Source: an uncultured bacterium
GTDB lineage: Bacteria > Patescibacteriota > Minisyncoccia > Phycocordibacterales > UBA11359
Reading direction: 5' to 3'
Assembly: GCA_903831815.1 (NCBI GenBank)
Contig: CAIKZC010000001.1
Span: 85,037-149,036, forward strand
DNA: 64,000 nt
This document shows, piece by piece, positions 56,222-64,000 of the stretch. Position 1 is the stretch's first letter. Every line of letters begins with the position of its first letter. The notes below the pieces were generated by a model. That model saw nothing but the letters and a program-made list of their open reading frames with translations. It was not told the DNA's origin and made no database searches. The position numbers and the translations under genes were made by a program.

Positions 56222-56692
56222 CTACCACGCAAAGTGAGCAAACGCCTTGTTGGCTTCGGCCATCTTGTGCACGTTCTCGCGTTTCTTGACTGCTTCCCCT
56301 TCTCCCTTGGCTGCAGCAATAAGTTCGTCAGCGAGTTTCAAATGCATTGGTTGTCCTTTCTTGCTTCGAGCGGCGTCAATGATCCATTTCATCGAGAGAG
56401 CTTGTCGTCTTTCAGGTCGAACTTCGCGAGGCACTTGGTAGTTAGCTCCACCAACTCGACGAGATCGCACTTCCATAATAGGACCGGTATTCTTCATGGC
56501 TGTATCAAAAACTTCAATAGGATTTTCAACTTTAGCTTTTTCCTTAATTACATCAAAAGCGCCGTAAACTATTTCACGAGCCGTTTGTTTCTTGCCGCAA
56601 ACCATGACACGGTTGATAAATTTCTCAACTTTCTCAGAACTGAATTTAATGTCAGGCTTTACGATATTTCGATTTTTTACTTTACGTCGCAT
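56222..56692 (-). CDS. rpsG: 30S ribosomal protein S7
   Basis: 156 aa; S7 consensus ...KFINRVMVCGKKQTAREIVYGAFD... Confidence 0.9.
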   Translation of the reverse strand: MRRKVKNRNIVKPDIKFSSEKVEKFINRVMVCGKKQTAREIVYGAFDVIKEKAKVENPIEVFDTAMKNTGPIMEVRSRRVGGANYQVPREVRPERRQALSMKWIIDAARSKKGQPMHLKLADELIAAAKGEGEAVKKRENVHKMAEANKAFAHFAW

Positions 56693-56717
56693 TTTGGTTT
56701 ATGAAAAAATATTAAAA

Positions 56718-57134
56718 TTATTTAGCTGCTTTTGGACGCTTTGCTCCGTACTGGCTTCGTGATTGTCGGCGAGTTTCAACACCGGCGGCATCGAACTTTC
56801 CTCGAACAACTTTGTATCTCAAACCGACGTCTTTGGTACGACCACCTGAAAGTAAAACGACAGCGTGCTCTTGCAAGTTGTGTCCAATACCCGGAATGTA
56901 AGCGGTAACCTCTAGACCATTTGAAAGTCGAACACGAGCAATTTTTCGAACAGCTGAGTTAGGTTTCTTTGGAGTCTTGGTGGTAACTTTAGTGCAAACA
57001 CCACGCTTTAAAGGTGAAGGGTAAAATTTTGGTCGGTTTTGAATCGAGTTGAAAGAGCGGAGGAGGGCCACCGACTTTGGTTTTCGTTTCGTGTTCTTGC
57101 GACCACGTTTTATGAGTTGATTTATTGTTGACAT
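56718..57134 (-). CDS. rpsL: 30S ribosomal protein S12
   Basis: [12 protein letters not shown]...; PKKPNSA region. Confidence 0.9.
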   Translation of the reverse strand: MSTINQLIKRGRKNTKRKPKSVALLRSFNSIQNRPKFYPSPLKRGVCTKVTTKTPKKPNSAVRKIARVRLSNGLEVTAYIPGIGHNLQEHAVVLLSGGRTKDVGLRYKVVRGKFDAAGVETRRQSRSQYGAKRPKAAK

Positions 57135-57221
57135 TGAAACACTGCGTTTTTAAACGAAGTAGAGACTACATTACTATATTGCCTTAAAAAACGCAAGCTT
57201 TGTAGCTTTGCTCTGGCAACC

Positions 57222-57842
57222 TTACACAAGAGGCAAACCGGTGATCCAAGAAAAGACGATGGATATAATTGGAAAAATGTAATTCCAGAGCACCAAAATA
57301 AAGAACAATATAAGGAACGTTGAATATTGTCCCATAATACGGCGTACGCGCAAAGCGTTTTCCGGCAGGAGAGCGAAAAGAACTTTTGAGCCATCAAGCG
57401 GCGGTATCGGCATGAGGTTGAAAATAGCCAACATTATATTGATGAAAACAATCATTTCCACGATAAAAATGGCCGTTGTTGGAATAAATGGAAAACTGAA
57501 ACGCAAAAAAAGACCGAAAACTAAAGCAATGACAATGTTAATTGCCGGACCTGCCCCGGCCACAATCGCTTCTCCCCACTTACGGTTTCGCAAATTATAT
57601 GGATTAAAAGGCACCGGCTTAGCCCAACCAAACAATACTGGTGAGTGAAAAACAAAAAGTAGCAGCGGCAAGATGATAGTACCGAACGGATCAATGTGTC
57701 TAATAGGGTTCAAAGTCAGGCGATTTTCGTATTTGGCCGTGGTATCGCCCTGAAAAAGAGCGGCATATCCGTGCGCAACTTCATGAATGATAGCCGAAAA
57801 CAGCAGAACGATCAGTTGGAAAATAATGTCGATTGTTTGCAT
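57222..57842 (-). CDS. Site-2 protease family (peptidase M50) membrane metalloprotease
   Basis: HEVAHGYAA (HExxH) inside a TM helix; NPIRHIDPFG; 206 aa. Confidence 0.75.
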   Translation of the reverse strand: MQTIDIIFQLIVLLFSAIIHEVAHGYAALFQGDTTAKYENRLTLNPIRHIDPFGTIILPLLLFVFHSPVLFGWAKPVPFNPYNLRNRKWGEAIVAGAGPAINIVIALVFGLFLRFSFPFIPTTAIFIVEMIVFINIMLAIFNLMPIPPLDGSKVLFALLPENALRVRRIMGQYSTFLILFFILVLWNYIFPIISIVFSWITGLPLV

Positions 57843-57885
57843 AAAGCTTTGCTCTATGATAGCATAGTCGAACTAGATAAAAAAT

Positions 57886-58128
57886 ATGGCCAAAGTCTGC
57901 GCAATTACAAAACGAAGTTCACTCCTTGCTGGCGGGTACTCAAACCGTACGCGTGCTACCCAATACAACCCTACCGGAATGATTCGCAAGTATGTCAACC
58001 TCAAGAAAAAGAAAATTTACGTTCCTGAGCTCAAAAAATTCATTACTTTGACTCTTTCAACTCGTGCCATTAAAACTATCAACAAAAACGGCGCCTATGC
58101 TGTCTTGAAGAAAGCTGGGATTATTTAA
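57886..58128 (+). CDS. rpmB: 50S ribosomal protein L28
   Basis: MAKVCAITKRSSLLAGGYSNRTRATQ... Confidence 0.85.
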   Translation: MAKVCAITKRSSLLAGGYSNRTRATQYNPTGMIRKYVNLKKKKIYVPELKKFITLTLSTRAIKTINKNGAYAVLKKAGII

Positions 58129-58147
58129 AAGAAAAAGCACTCGCATA

Positions 58148-58253
58148 GCAGTAAAAAGATGCCTCGAGGGCACAGGTAAATTTCCTGCTGGAAATTTCCT
58201 TCACACTCGCGCCGTCGCGCTCCGTGAGTTCCTCTCGGTCACCTTTTTACTGC
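58148..58253. repeat. Element C copy 2: hairpin GCAGTAAAAAG...CTTTTTACTGC with a loop carrying GGTAAATTTCCTGCTGGAAATTTCC; bidirectional terminator between rpmB and the NUDIX gene
   Basis: Loop core is the reverse complement of the copy-1 core at 13021-13060. Stems differ but both contain GTAAAAAG. Confidence 0.55.
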
Positions 58254-58723
58254 TATAAAACACCTATACTCTGTTTAATAATTTGAGAACCGTCTTGATT
58301 GAAGGTAAATGTGGCTTTTAGTTTTTCGCCTTTTATAACTTTCGGCAACCAGTGTACGTCGTTGATCCACATATTTTTAAATGGTAATTCTGAGTATGAA
58401 TACCACTGCGGTTTCATTTCTTCGCTTTCAGTTGGTTCGCCTTGCCACTTCTCGGTAAAGAAAATATGAACCTGCTGATCAAACTCTTTTTTATTTTCAA
58501 AAAAGAAATCTATAGTGGCGACATTTTGTAAATCTTCCTCATTTATTTTTACAGAAATCTCCTCGCCAGTTTCGCGAATCGCCGCTTGCTGTATCGTTTC
58601 GTCATCGTGCAACTTACCACCGACGCCATTCCATTTACCTATACCAAAGCCTCGCTTCTTCATAGCGAGTAAAATTTTCTGTTCCGTCGGTTTATTAAGA
58701 AAAACGAGAGTGCATTGTCGCAT
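58253..58723 (-). CDS. NUDIX hydrolase
   Basis: Nudix box GGKLHDDETIQQAAIRETGEEISV (Gx5Ex7REUxEExGU). Confidence 0.8.
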   Translation of the reverse strand: MRQCTLVFLNKPTEQKILLAMKKRGFGIGKWNGVGGKLHDDETIQQAAIRETGEEISVKINEEDLQNVATIDFFFENKKEFDQQVHIFFTEKWQGEPTESEEMKPQWYSYSELPFKNMWINDVHWLPKVIKGEKLKATFTFNQDGSQIIKQSIGVL

Positions 58724-58836
58724 GTATTAATGATACCTCTATGTTTTACAAAAACAAGAAGTAAAATTATAGAAAATCCGCGTAGCTCTGAAGCACACGC
58801 GGGTTATCATTCAACTAAATACGGGGCATCTGTAGG

Positions 58837-59493
58837 TTATATATCGAGTAACTTCTTGCGAACGAGAAGGAAACAGGCATCAACCATCCAATACTGATGT
58901 GTATAAGACAGACCTAAATTCCGTCTATGCCCTTTCTCATCAAATAACATTGGACAACGACCACGTTTTGGTTCCGTCGAACCCAACGCAACAACAACTA
59001 AACCTCGAGGACACTGCTGAGTTAAAGCGCTATAGGCAAGTAAATGGGAAAGACCGCCAGGTTGCCACGAATTCACGGGATCAATCTCAGTGATTCGCTT
59101 CAATTCCGCACTGGTTGAAATCACACATTCGGGATAATCAATGGCATATTCATAATCAACTCCAATCTCTTGTCCATCATGCCAATCTGGAAAGAGGTCA
59201 TCATCGATTATTTCTTTGTTTACATAACTACAATTGCTGAATTCATGCATGCGCTGTAAATTAAGATCGCAGAACATGAAGGTGCCGAGAACTTTCACTA
59301 TCGCGGCACCAAGTGCCGGGAGATTGCAGAAGGCACGAAATTTGGCCCGATCGATATTGCCAATAATTCCAATATCAAAGAGATCAGCCAAAAGACCGCT
59401 ATCGATAAGCTGCTGGGTCCAACCAACAGATCTTTGCTTATCAACAACAAGACGACCAATCGTAACAATCTGTCCTGCAGTCGTGGTTTCCAT
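58837..59493 (-). CDS. Hypothetical protein (218 aa)
   Basis: ORF with no confident motif. Confidence 0.4.
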   Translation of the reverse strand: METTTAGQIVTIGRLVVDKQRSVGWTQQLIDSGLLADLFDIGIIGNIDRAKFRAFCNLPALGAAIVKVLGTFMFCDLNLQRMHEFSNCSYVNKEIIDDDLFPDWHDGQEIGVDYEYAIDYPECVISTSAELKRITEIDPVNSWQPGGLSHLLAYSALTQQCPRGLVVVALGSTEPKRGRCPMLFDEKGHRRNLGLSYTHQYWMVDACFLLVRKKLLDI

Positions 59494-59631
59494 AACCAGA
59501 CTCCTTATAATAGGCTACCATCCGCCTTAGCAACAAGCCGAGGTTTCAAGCGTGCCTGTAATTGTCCAGAATTCGTAGAGATTTGAAAGTTCAGACTATC
59601 TGCTACAACATTAATCTATTTACGATAGCTG

Positions 59632-60486
59632 TCAACGTTTCCATACCATACCGTCACTTTTGAAAATTATTGTGCCAAGGTTGAATGTAATGAGCGGAAT
59701 AATATTTAGTTTTTTAAAAAGATCCAGAGTTTCTTGATGAGGGTGACCGTATTTATTATTTAACCCGGCAGAGATGACGGCGCATTTTGGGGTGACGGTG
59801 GAGATAAAAGATTCGGAGGCGGAGGTGCGCGAACCATGATGCCCGGCTTTTAAAATATCGCTTTTGGTTCGCGCACCATCGAGTAAAGTCACGTATTCCT
59901 CGGTTGCGCTTGGTGCATCGCCGGTAAACATGACTGTGCTACTACCGTAAACAAGCTGTCCGATAATAGAACTGGTATTAGTTTCAAGTTTTGCCACATC
60001 TCGATCAGGAAAAAGCACATCAAAATGTGCTCCCCCGCCAATTTCAATTGATTGTCCGCGCCGAGCGATTACTTTTTTGATATTTTTTTGCTTAATCAGA
60101 TCTTCCAAAACTTTGTAACTCGGCGAACCGCCATTTGTACCCGGCTCAATTATCAAACCAACATCATATCTTTTTAAGAGATCGATGAAACCACCATAAT
60201 GGTCAACATCAGGACTACTTATCATTAACACATCAATGTAACGGTCGTACCAGGGCATAAGTTTTGCTATTTCCGATAAAATTGCGGCATTTGGCCCACC
60301 GTCAATGATCATTTGATGATGAGTTGGCGATTCTATGAAAATACTGTCACCTTGTCCGACGTTAAGAAAAGCTGTGGTCAATATATTTGTAGGAATTTGC
60401 CGGTAAACAGCCTGCCAGACTGTTATCGAAGCGAGCAGCAAAATACCGAGAATAAGTAGCCGATAATATATTTTGAAATGAAACAT
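59632..60486 (-). CDS. ComEC/Rec2-type MBL-fold domain protein (competence DNA-internalisation nuclease domain), TM-anchored
   Basis: N-terminal TM helix; VGQGDSIFI...DGG; SSPDVDHYGG; KAGHHGSRTS, as in the ComEC C-terminal beta-lactamase-like domain. Confidence 0.7.
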   Translation of the reverse strand: MFHFKIYYRLLILGILLLASITVWQAVYRQIPTNILTTAFLNVGQGDSIFIESPTHHQMIIDGGPNAAILSEIAKLMPWYDRYIDVLMISSPDVDHYGGFIDLLKRYDVGLIIEPGTNGGSPSYKVLEDLIKQKNIKKVIARRGQSIEIGGGAHFDVLFPDRDVAKLETNTSSIIGQLVYGSSTVMFTGDAPSATEEYVTLLDGARTKSDILKAGHHGSRTSASESFISTVTPKCAVISAGLNNKYGHPHQETLDLFKKLNIIPLITFNLGTIIFKSDGMVWKR

Positions 60487-60601
60487 TCGATCATCCTATC
60501 AGAGCGAGATAAAATAAAAATAAAATCTTTTTGTCATAAAATGATTTTAAATACGGCTAAGAAAAAGCTTTAAAATTTATTAATTTAAAAAAACAACAAA
60601 C

Positions 60602-61192
60602 ATGTACCCAACTCAAACATTTAATCTTCCGGAACTAAAAGGCATTTCAAAGCGCACGGTCGAAGAACATCTGAAACTTTTCGCCAGCTATGTAAAATTT
60701 ACGAACATTATTATGGATGTTTTGAAGCAGCACTCAAATAACAACGACACGGATTTATATATTCTGACCGAACTTAAGCGTCGATTTAGTTTTGAATGGA
60801 ACGGAATGCGCAATCACGAATATTATTTCAAAAGTCTGGAATACGGCGCAAAAACACTTGCTCCAGATAGCGCCTTGCGACAAAAAATTGAAGATCAATA
60901 CGGAAGTGTTGAGGCATGGCTCACGGCATCCACTTCACTCGCTCAAACACGCGGAGTCGGTTGGGCGATGGTGTACTACGATCCGCACACTGGCCGATTA
61001 ACCCTTGCATGGGTCGATGAACACCACAATGGACAATTGGGAAGTTTGCCGTTAGTACTTGCGTTAGATATGTGGGAGCACGCATTCCTTATCGACTATT
61101 CGCCCGCAGAAAAGAAAAAATATATTACCGCTTTTTTTGGAAATTTGAATTGGAATGTGATAGAAAAAAATTATCTAACCGCTCGAGGTTAA
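60602..61192 (+). CDS. sod: Fe/Mn superoxide dismutase
   Basis: DMWEHAFLIDY signature; N-terminal helical and C-terminal alpha/beta domains; 196 aa. Confidence 0.85.
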   Translation: MYPTQTFNLPELKGISKRTVEEHLKLFASYVKFTNIIMDVLKQHSNNNDTDLYILTELKRRFSFEWNGMRNHEYYFKSLEYGAKTLAPDSALRQKIEDQYGSVEAWLTASTSLAQTRGVGWAMVYYDPHTGRLTLAWVDEHHNGQLGSLPLVLALDMWEHAFLIDYSPAEKKKYITAFFGNLNWNVIEKNYLTARG

Positions 61193-62756
61193 CCAAGGTC
61201 AAAGGACTATCTGTTGACCGTGAATTTTTCGATTGAAATTTCTGCAGTCTCCACAACCAAAATCCGAGAACAATATATATGACTGCGACGCCCCACTCAG
61301 GAATTTGGAATTGTAAAACACCAAAAGGAATATTGGAAAAAAAGTTCGCGACAAGCAAAATATATTCGAGCATCAAATTTGAAATGACGACAAGCGGTAA
61401 CGCAAGCAGACTGTGAACATATCCGACCAGAGTGGCGGCAAAACCAAAACTCATAACCACAGGTAAAGTTGGCAAAATCAGTAAATTGGTAACCACTGTT
61501 ACTAAAGAAATCTGGCCCGAAGTCGAAAGCAAAATCGGCAAAAGATATAACTCGATTATAAAAGTGCTCAGCATTATTTCGCGAATTTTAAAGGTCTCCG
61601 GTAAAAATTTTAAATGCGAACCATATTTCAAAACAACCGAAGGAGCCGAAAATATTACCGCAAAAGTTGCGATACAAGAAAGTTGAAATGAAACATCAAA
61701 CACCACCATCGGATTCCAAAGTGCCATGAAAAGAACTGTCATAAATAATGCGCGACCAACGTGGTAAGTGCGATATATAAGTGCGGCAAAAATTACCAAA
61801 AGCGCCATAATTCCGGCGCGCACGACGGTTGCACTGAAACCTGTCATGATCACAAAAGCTAATATTCCCACGGCGCCAATTATAAGACGAAGTTTTTTCG
61901 GTAAAAAAATTAAAAGTGTCATCAGACCTTGTGCAATAATCGTGACATTAAAACCGGAAAGGGCGACGATGTGAATCAGTCCGGCTTGCGTGAACATTGC
62001 CTGCTCCACCTTTGAAAGAGACGATCGCCCACTGACAAGTAGGCCGGCTAAAAGTCCGCTTTTTGGCGCCACAAAAAGTTCGTCAATTTTGCGTAGAAAA
62101 TTATTTTTTATTTTTATTAAATACTCACGAAAAATATTTTCTTGATGATGAGACACGATACTGATGTTAGGAAAAACCATTATGTAGAATATTCCCTGTC
62201 GGGCAAGATACACATCATATGCGAAATTTCCTTCATCGCTTTTGATTGGTTTTGGTTTTACGATTTTGCCAAATAATTTTATTTCATCACCATACTCGAC
62301 CGTCGAATATCTATCGGCTGTTATCAACATTTTCGTCGGCGAAGTACCGCTGGCAATATTTGGAAGTGTTTTCACAATTATTTTTGATGAGCCATCGGAC
62401 ATTTGTGGCTCTTCAATTACGGTCGCCAAAATAGAAATCTTTTTATTTAAAGTCTGCTCAGGGACATTTGAATAGTTAAATGACATCCACAATCCCACAC
62501 GCCCTGCACCAAGAGCTATGCCAATTAAAAATATAATAAATATTTTTTCGTTTTGGACACTAAGACTGAAACTTTTATCGGTTTTTTTTAATAATTTTGT
62601 TTTTTGATAACGCAACACAAAAAAAGAAACAATTCCTAAATCTACAAACCCAAGACACACAATAACTGCCGAACACCAATCGTGTGCTATAGAGGAGGTG
62701 ATGCATGTTCCAATAAGCACGCCTCCGACGAGCGAGTATAATCGTGCATTTTGCAC
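61125..62756 (-). CDS. comEC: ComEC/Rec2 family competence protein, polytopic membrane channel part
   Basis: 543 aa with more than 10 TM helices. DUF4131-like N-terminal region and competence-domain hydrophobic core. 3-prime end overlaps the sod 3-prime end by 68 nt (convergent). Confidence 0.65.
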   Translation of the reverse strand: MQNARLYSLVGGVLIGTCITSSIAHDWCSAVIVCLGFVDLGIVSFFVLRYQKTKLLKKTDKSFSLSVQNEKIFIIFLIGIALGAGRVGLWMSFNYSNVPEQTLNKKISILATVIEEPQMSDGSSKIIVKTLPNIASGTSPTKMLITADRYSTVEYGDEIKLFGKIVKPKPIKSDEGNFAYDVYLARQGIFYIMVFPNISIVSHHQENIFREYLIKIKNNFLRKIDELFVAPKSGLLAGLLVSGRSSLSKVEQAMFTQAGLIHIVALSGFNVTIIAQGLMTLLIFLPKKLRLIIGAVGILAFVIMTGFSATVVRAGIMALLVIFAALIYRTYHVGRALFMTVLFMALWNPMVVFDVSFQLSCIATFAVIFSAPSVVLKYGSHLKFLPETFKIREIMLSTFIIELYLLPILLSTSGQISLVTVVTNLLILPTLPVVMSFGFAATLVGYVHSLLALPLVVISNLMLEYILLVANFFSNIPFGVLQFQIPEWGVAVIYIVLGFWLWRLQKFQSKNSRSTDSPLTLVNLERLDNFFLSHSNSNFQKKR

Positions 62757-62880
62757 TCTTACATGTTACACAATAGAGATAAAATATTTATAAAAAAGTT
62801 CTAAAGAAATTCTAAAATCCGTGAAACAAATTCTACGGCTACTAATATGACTGTTCTAAGCAGATCACAATTTTTCGTTG

Positions 62881-63612
62881 TTATTTCGAGAACTCTTCGA
62901 TGATAGAAATTTCTTCGGATTTATTTAAAGCTTTTTTGTAGCGAACACCGGAAACCCCCTTAACACGTTTTTCACATTCTTGCCACGACTTATCCACATG
63001 GATTTTGCCGCCAACTTTACTTACATATGAGTATGCTTTTGCTGTCGAACGTTTTTTGGAAGCACTGCGCGCGAAACTTTTTTCACTATTATGCGCAATA
63101 TTTTTAATATCAATTTTATATTCTGAAATAGGGCCGTCATAAAGTTTGATAGTTTTTTTGTCCGCAAAAGCTGTCGCAATTTCATCACATCTTTCGTTGC
63201 CCGGGACACCAACATGTCCTTTTAAAACTTTCCATTGAATCTTTTCATCACCCGGCATGTCTTCCAAAAGATATGAAAGTTTTTCCCAAAGATCACGATT
63301 CAAAACTTGTTCTTTTTGCAAAGTTAACCAACCGCGAGCTTTCCATCCCGCTACCCATTTTGTAATTCCATTGACGACATAGGCCGAGTCGGTATAAACA
63401 ATGCACTTAAAATTAAGTGTCAGTAATTCATATTCTATTAAAAAATCGACAGCCGAAATAACTGCCTGCATTTCCATGCGATTATTTGTCGTGTGTGCTT
63501 CACCGCCACCAAGTTCCACCACTCGATCGTTTGCAACCACCACCGCTCCCCAACCGCCCGGACCGGGATTACCGCGCGATGAACCGTCCGTAAAAATTAA
63601 AATGTTTTCCAT
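62881..63612 (-). CDS. rnhA: Ribonuclease HI with a C-terminal basic extension
   Basis: IFTDGSSRGNPGPGGWGAVVV; D...E...D...D catalytic residues; 243 aa. Confidence 0.8.
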   Translation of the reverse strand: MENILIFTDGSSRGNPGPGGWGAVVVANDRVVELGGGEAHTTNNRMEMQAVISAVDFLIEYELLTLNFKCIVYTDSAYVVNGITKWVAGWKARGWLTLQKEQVLNRDLWEKLSYLLEDMPGDEKIQWKVLKGHVGVPGNERCDEIATAFADKKTIKLYDGPISEYKIDIKNIAHNSEKSFARSASKKRSTAKAYSYVSKVGGKIHVDKSWQECEKRVKGVSGVRYKKALNKSEEISIIEEFSK

Positions 63613-63614
63613 AT

Positions 63615-63944
63615 TTAAATTATATCAGAAATACGAAGTCGAAGTTCGGTGCGGCCGCCAAAAACGGACTTTTCGAGCGACGCGACGAGGTTAATTTTTT
63701 TGGCGGCCGCCGGAACATTCGCAAAATCTTCCGGCTTAGCGAAAAATCCGATAGCCGAAATTTTCTCGCCAGCAATATTTCTAAACACTAATTCCAAATG
63801 ATCATTTTTCTTGCCGAACTGACGCACACTTTCCACACCGACATTTTCAAAAAGAAAAATTGGCTTCTCGTTATCCAAACCAAACGGCATCATCTTTTCT
63901 AGACTCTTAAAATTATTCCAAGTTATATCATCAAGAGTAAGCAC
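63615..63944 (-). CDS. Probable C-terminal part of a RecJ-like exonuclease; the gene likely continues beyond the window end
   Basis: ...LELVFRNIAGEKISAIGFF...GGRTELRLRISDI resembles the RecJ C-terminal OB region. Upstream sequence is cut by the window edge. Confidence 0.35.
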   Translation of the reverse strand: MLTLDDITWNNFKSLEKMMPFGLDNEKPIFLFENVGVESVRQFGKKNDHLELVFRNIAGEKISAIGFFAKPEDFANVPAAAKKINLVASLEKSVFGGRTELRLRISDII

Positions 63945-64000
63945 AGCATCAATAAAAATTTGCTCCGGATCTTTTATTTTTTTCTTTTTTAAATATGCCG

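Overview
This window reads as a low-GC (about 38-40%), CPR-like bacterial chromosome. S5 is followed directly by L15 with no L30, and many ribosomal proteins carry Lys/Ala-rich extensions. Its backbone is a minus-strand str/S10/spc ribosomal superoperon: rpsL-rpsG-fusA-tuf-rpsJ-rplCDWB-rpsS-rplV-rpsC-rplP-rpmC-rpsQ-rplNXE-rpsN-rpsH-rplF-rplR-rpsE-rplO-secY-adk-map. The operon is broken at several points by compositionally foreign islands. These include a diversity-generating retroelement (DGR), an ORF6N/surface-protein/restriction-modification island, a high-GC dapB-lysA-dapL lysine-biosynthesis island, and a csoR-copA copper island. Most junctions carry a copy of a GC-rich structured repeat (element B, four copies). 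The plus-strand left end carries recG, a tRNA, ftsH (minus), smpB-ssrA (tmRNA) and a second duplicated element (A) next to ssrA. Next comes a tandem array of five small genes, each with its own near-consensus promoter and recycled terminator module, ending in cspA, followed by infC-rpmI-rplT. The right end carries an M50 protease, rpmB, NUDIX, split ComEC, sod and rnhA. Other features worth noting are in-frame palindromic expansions in an ORF6N gene, a fused m5C+amino-MTase with an HNH nuclease, and two orphan promoter-terminator units that may be sRNAs.
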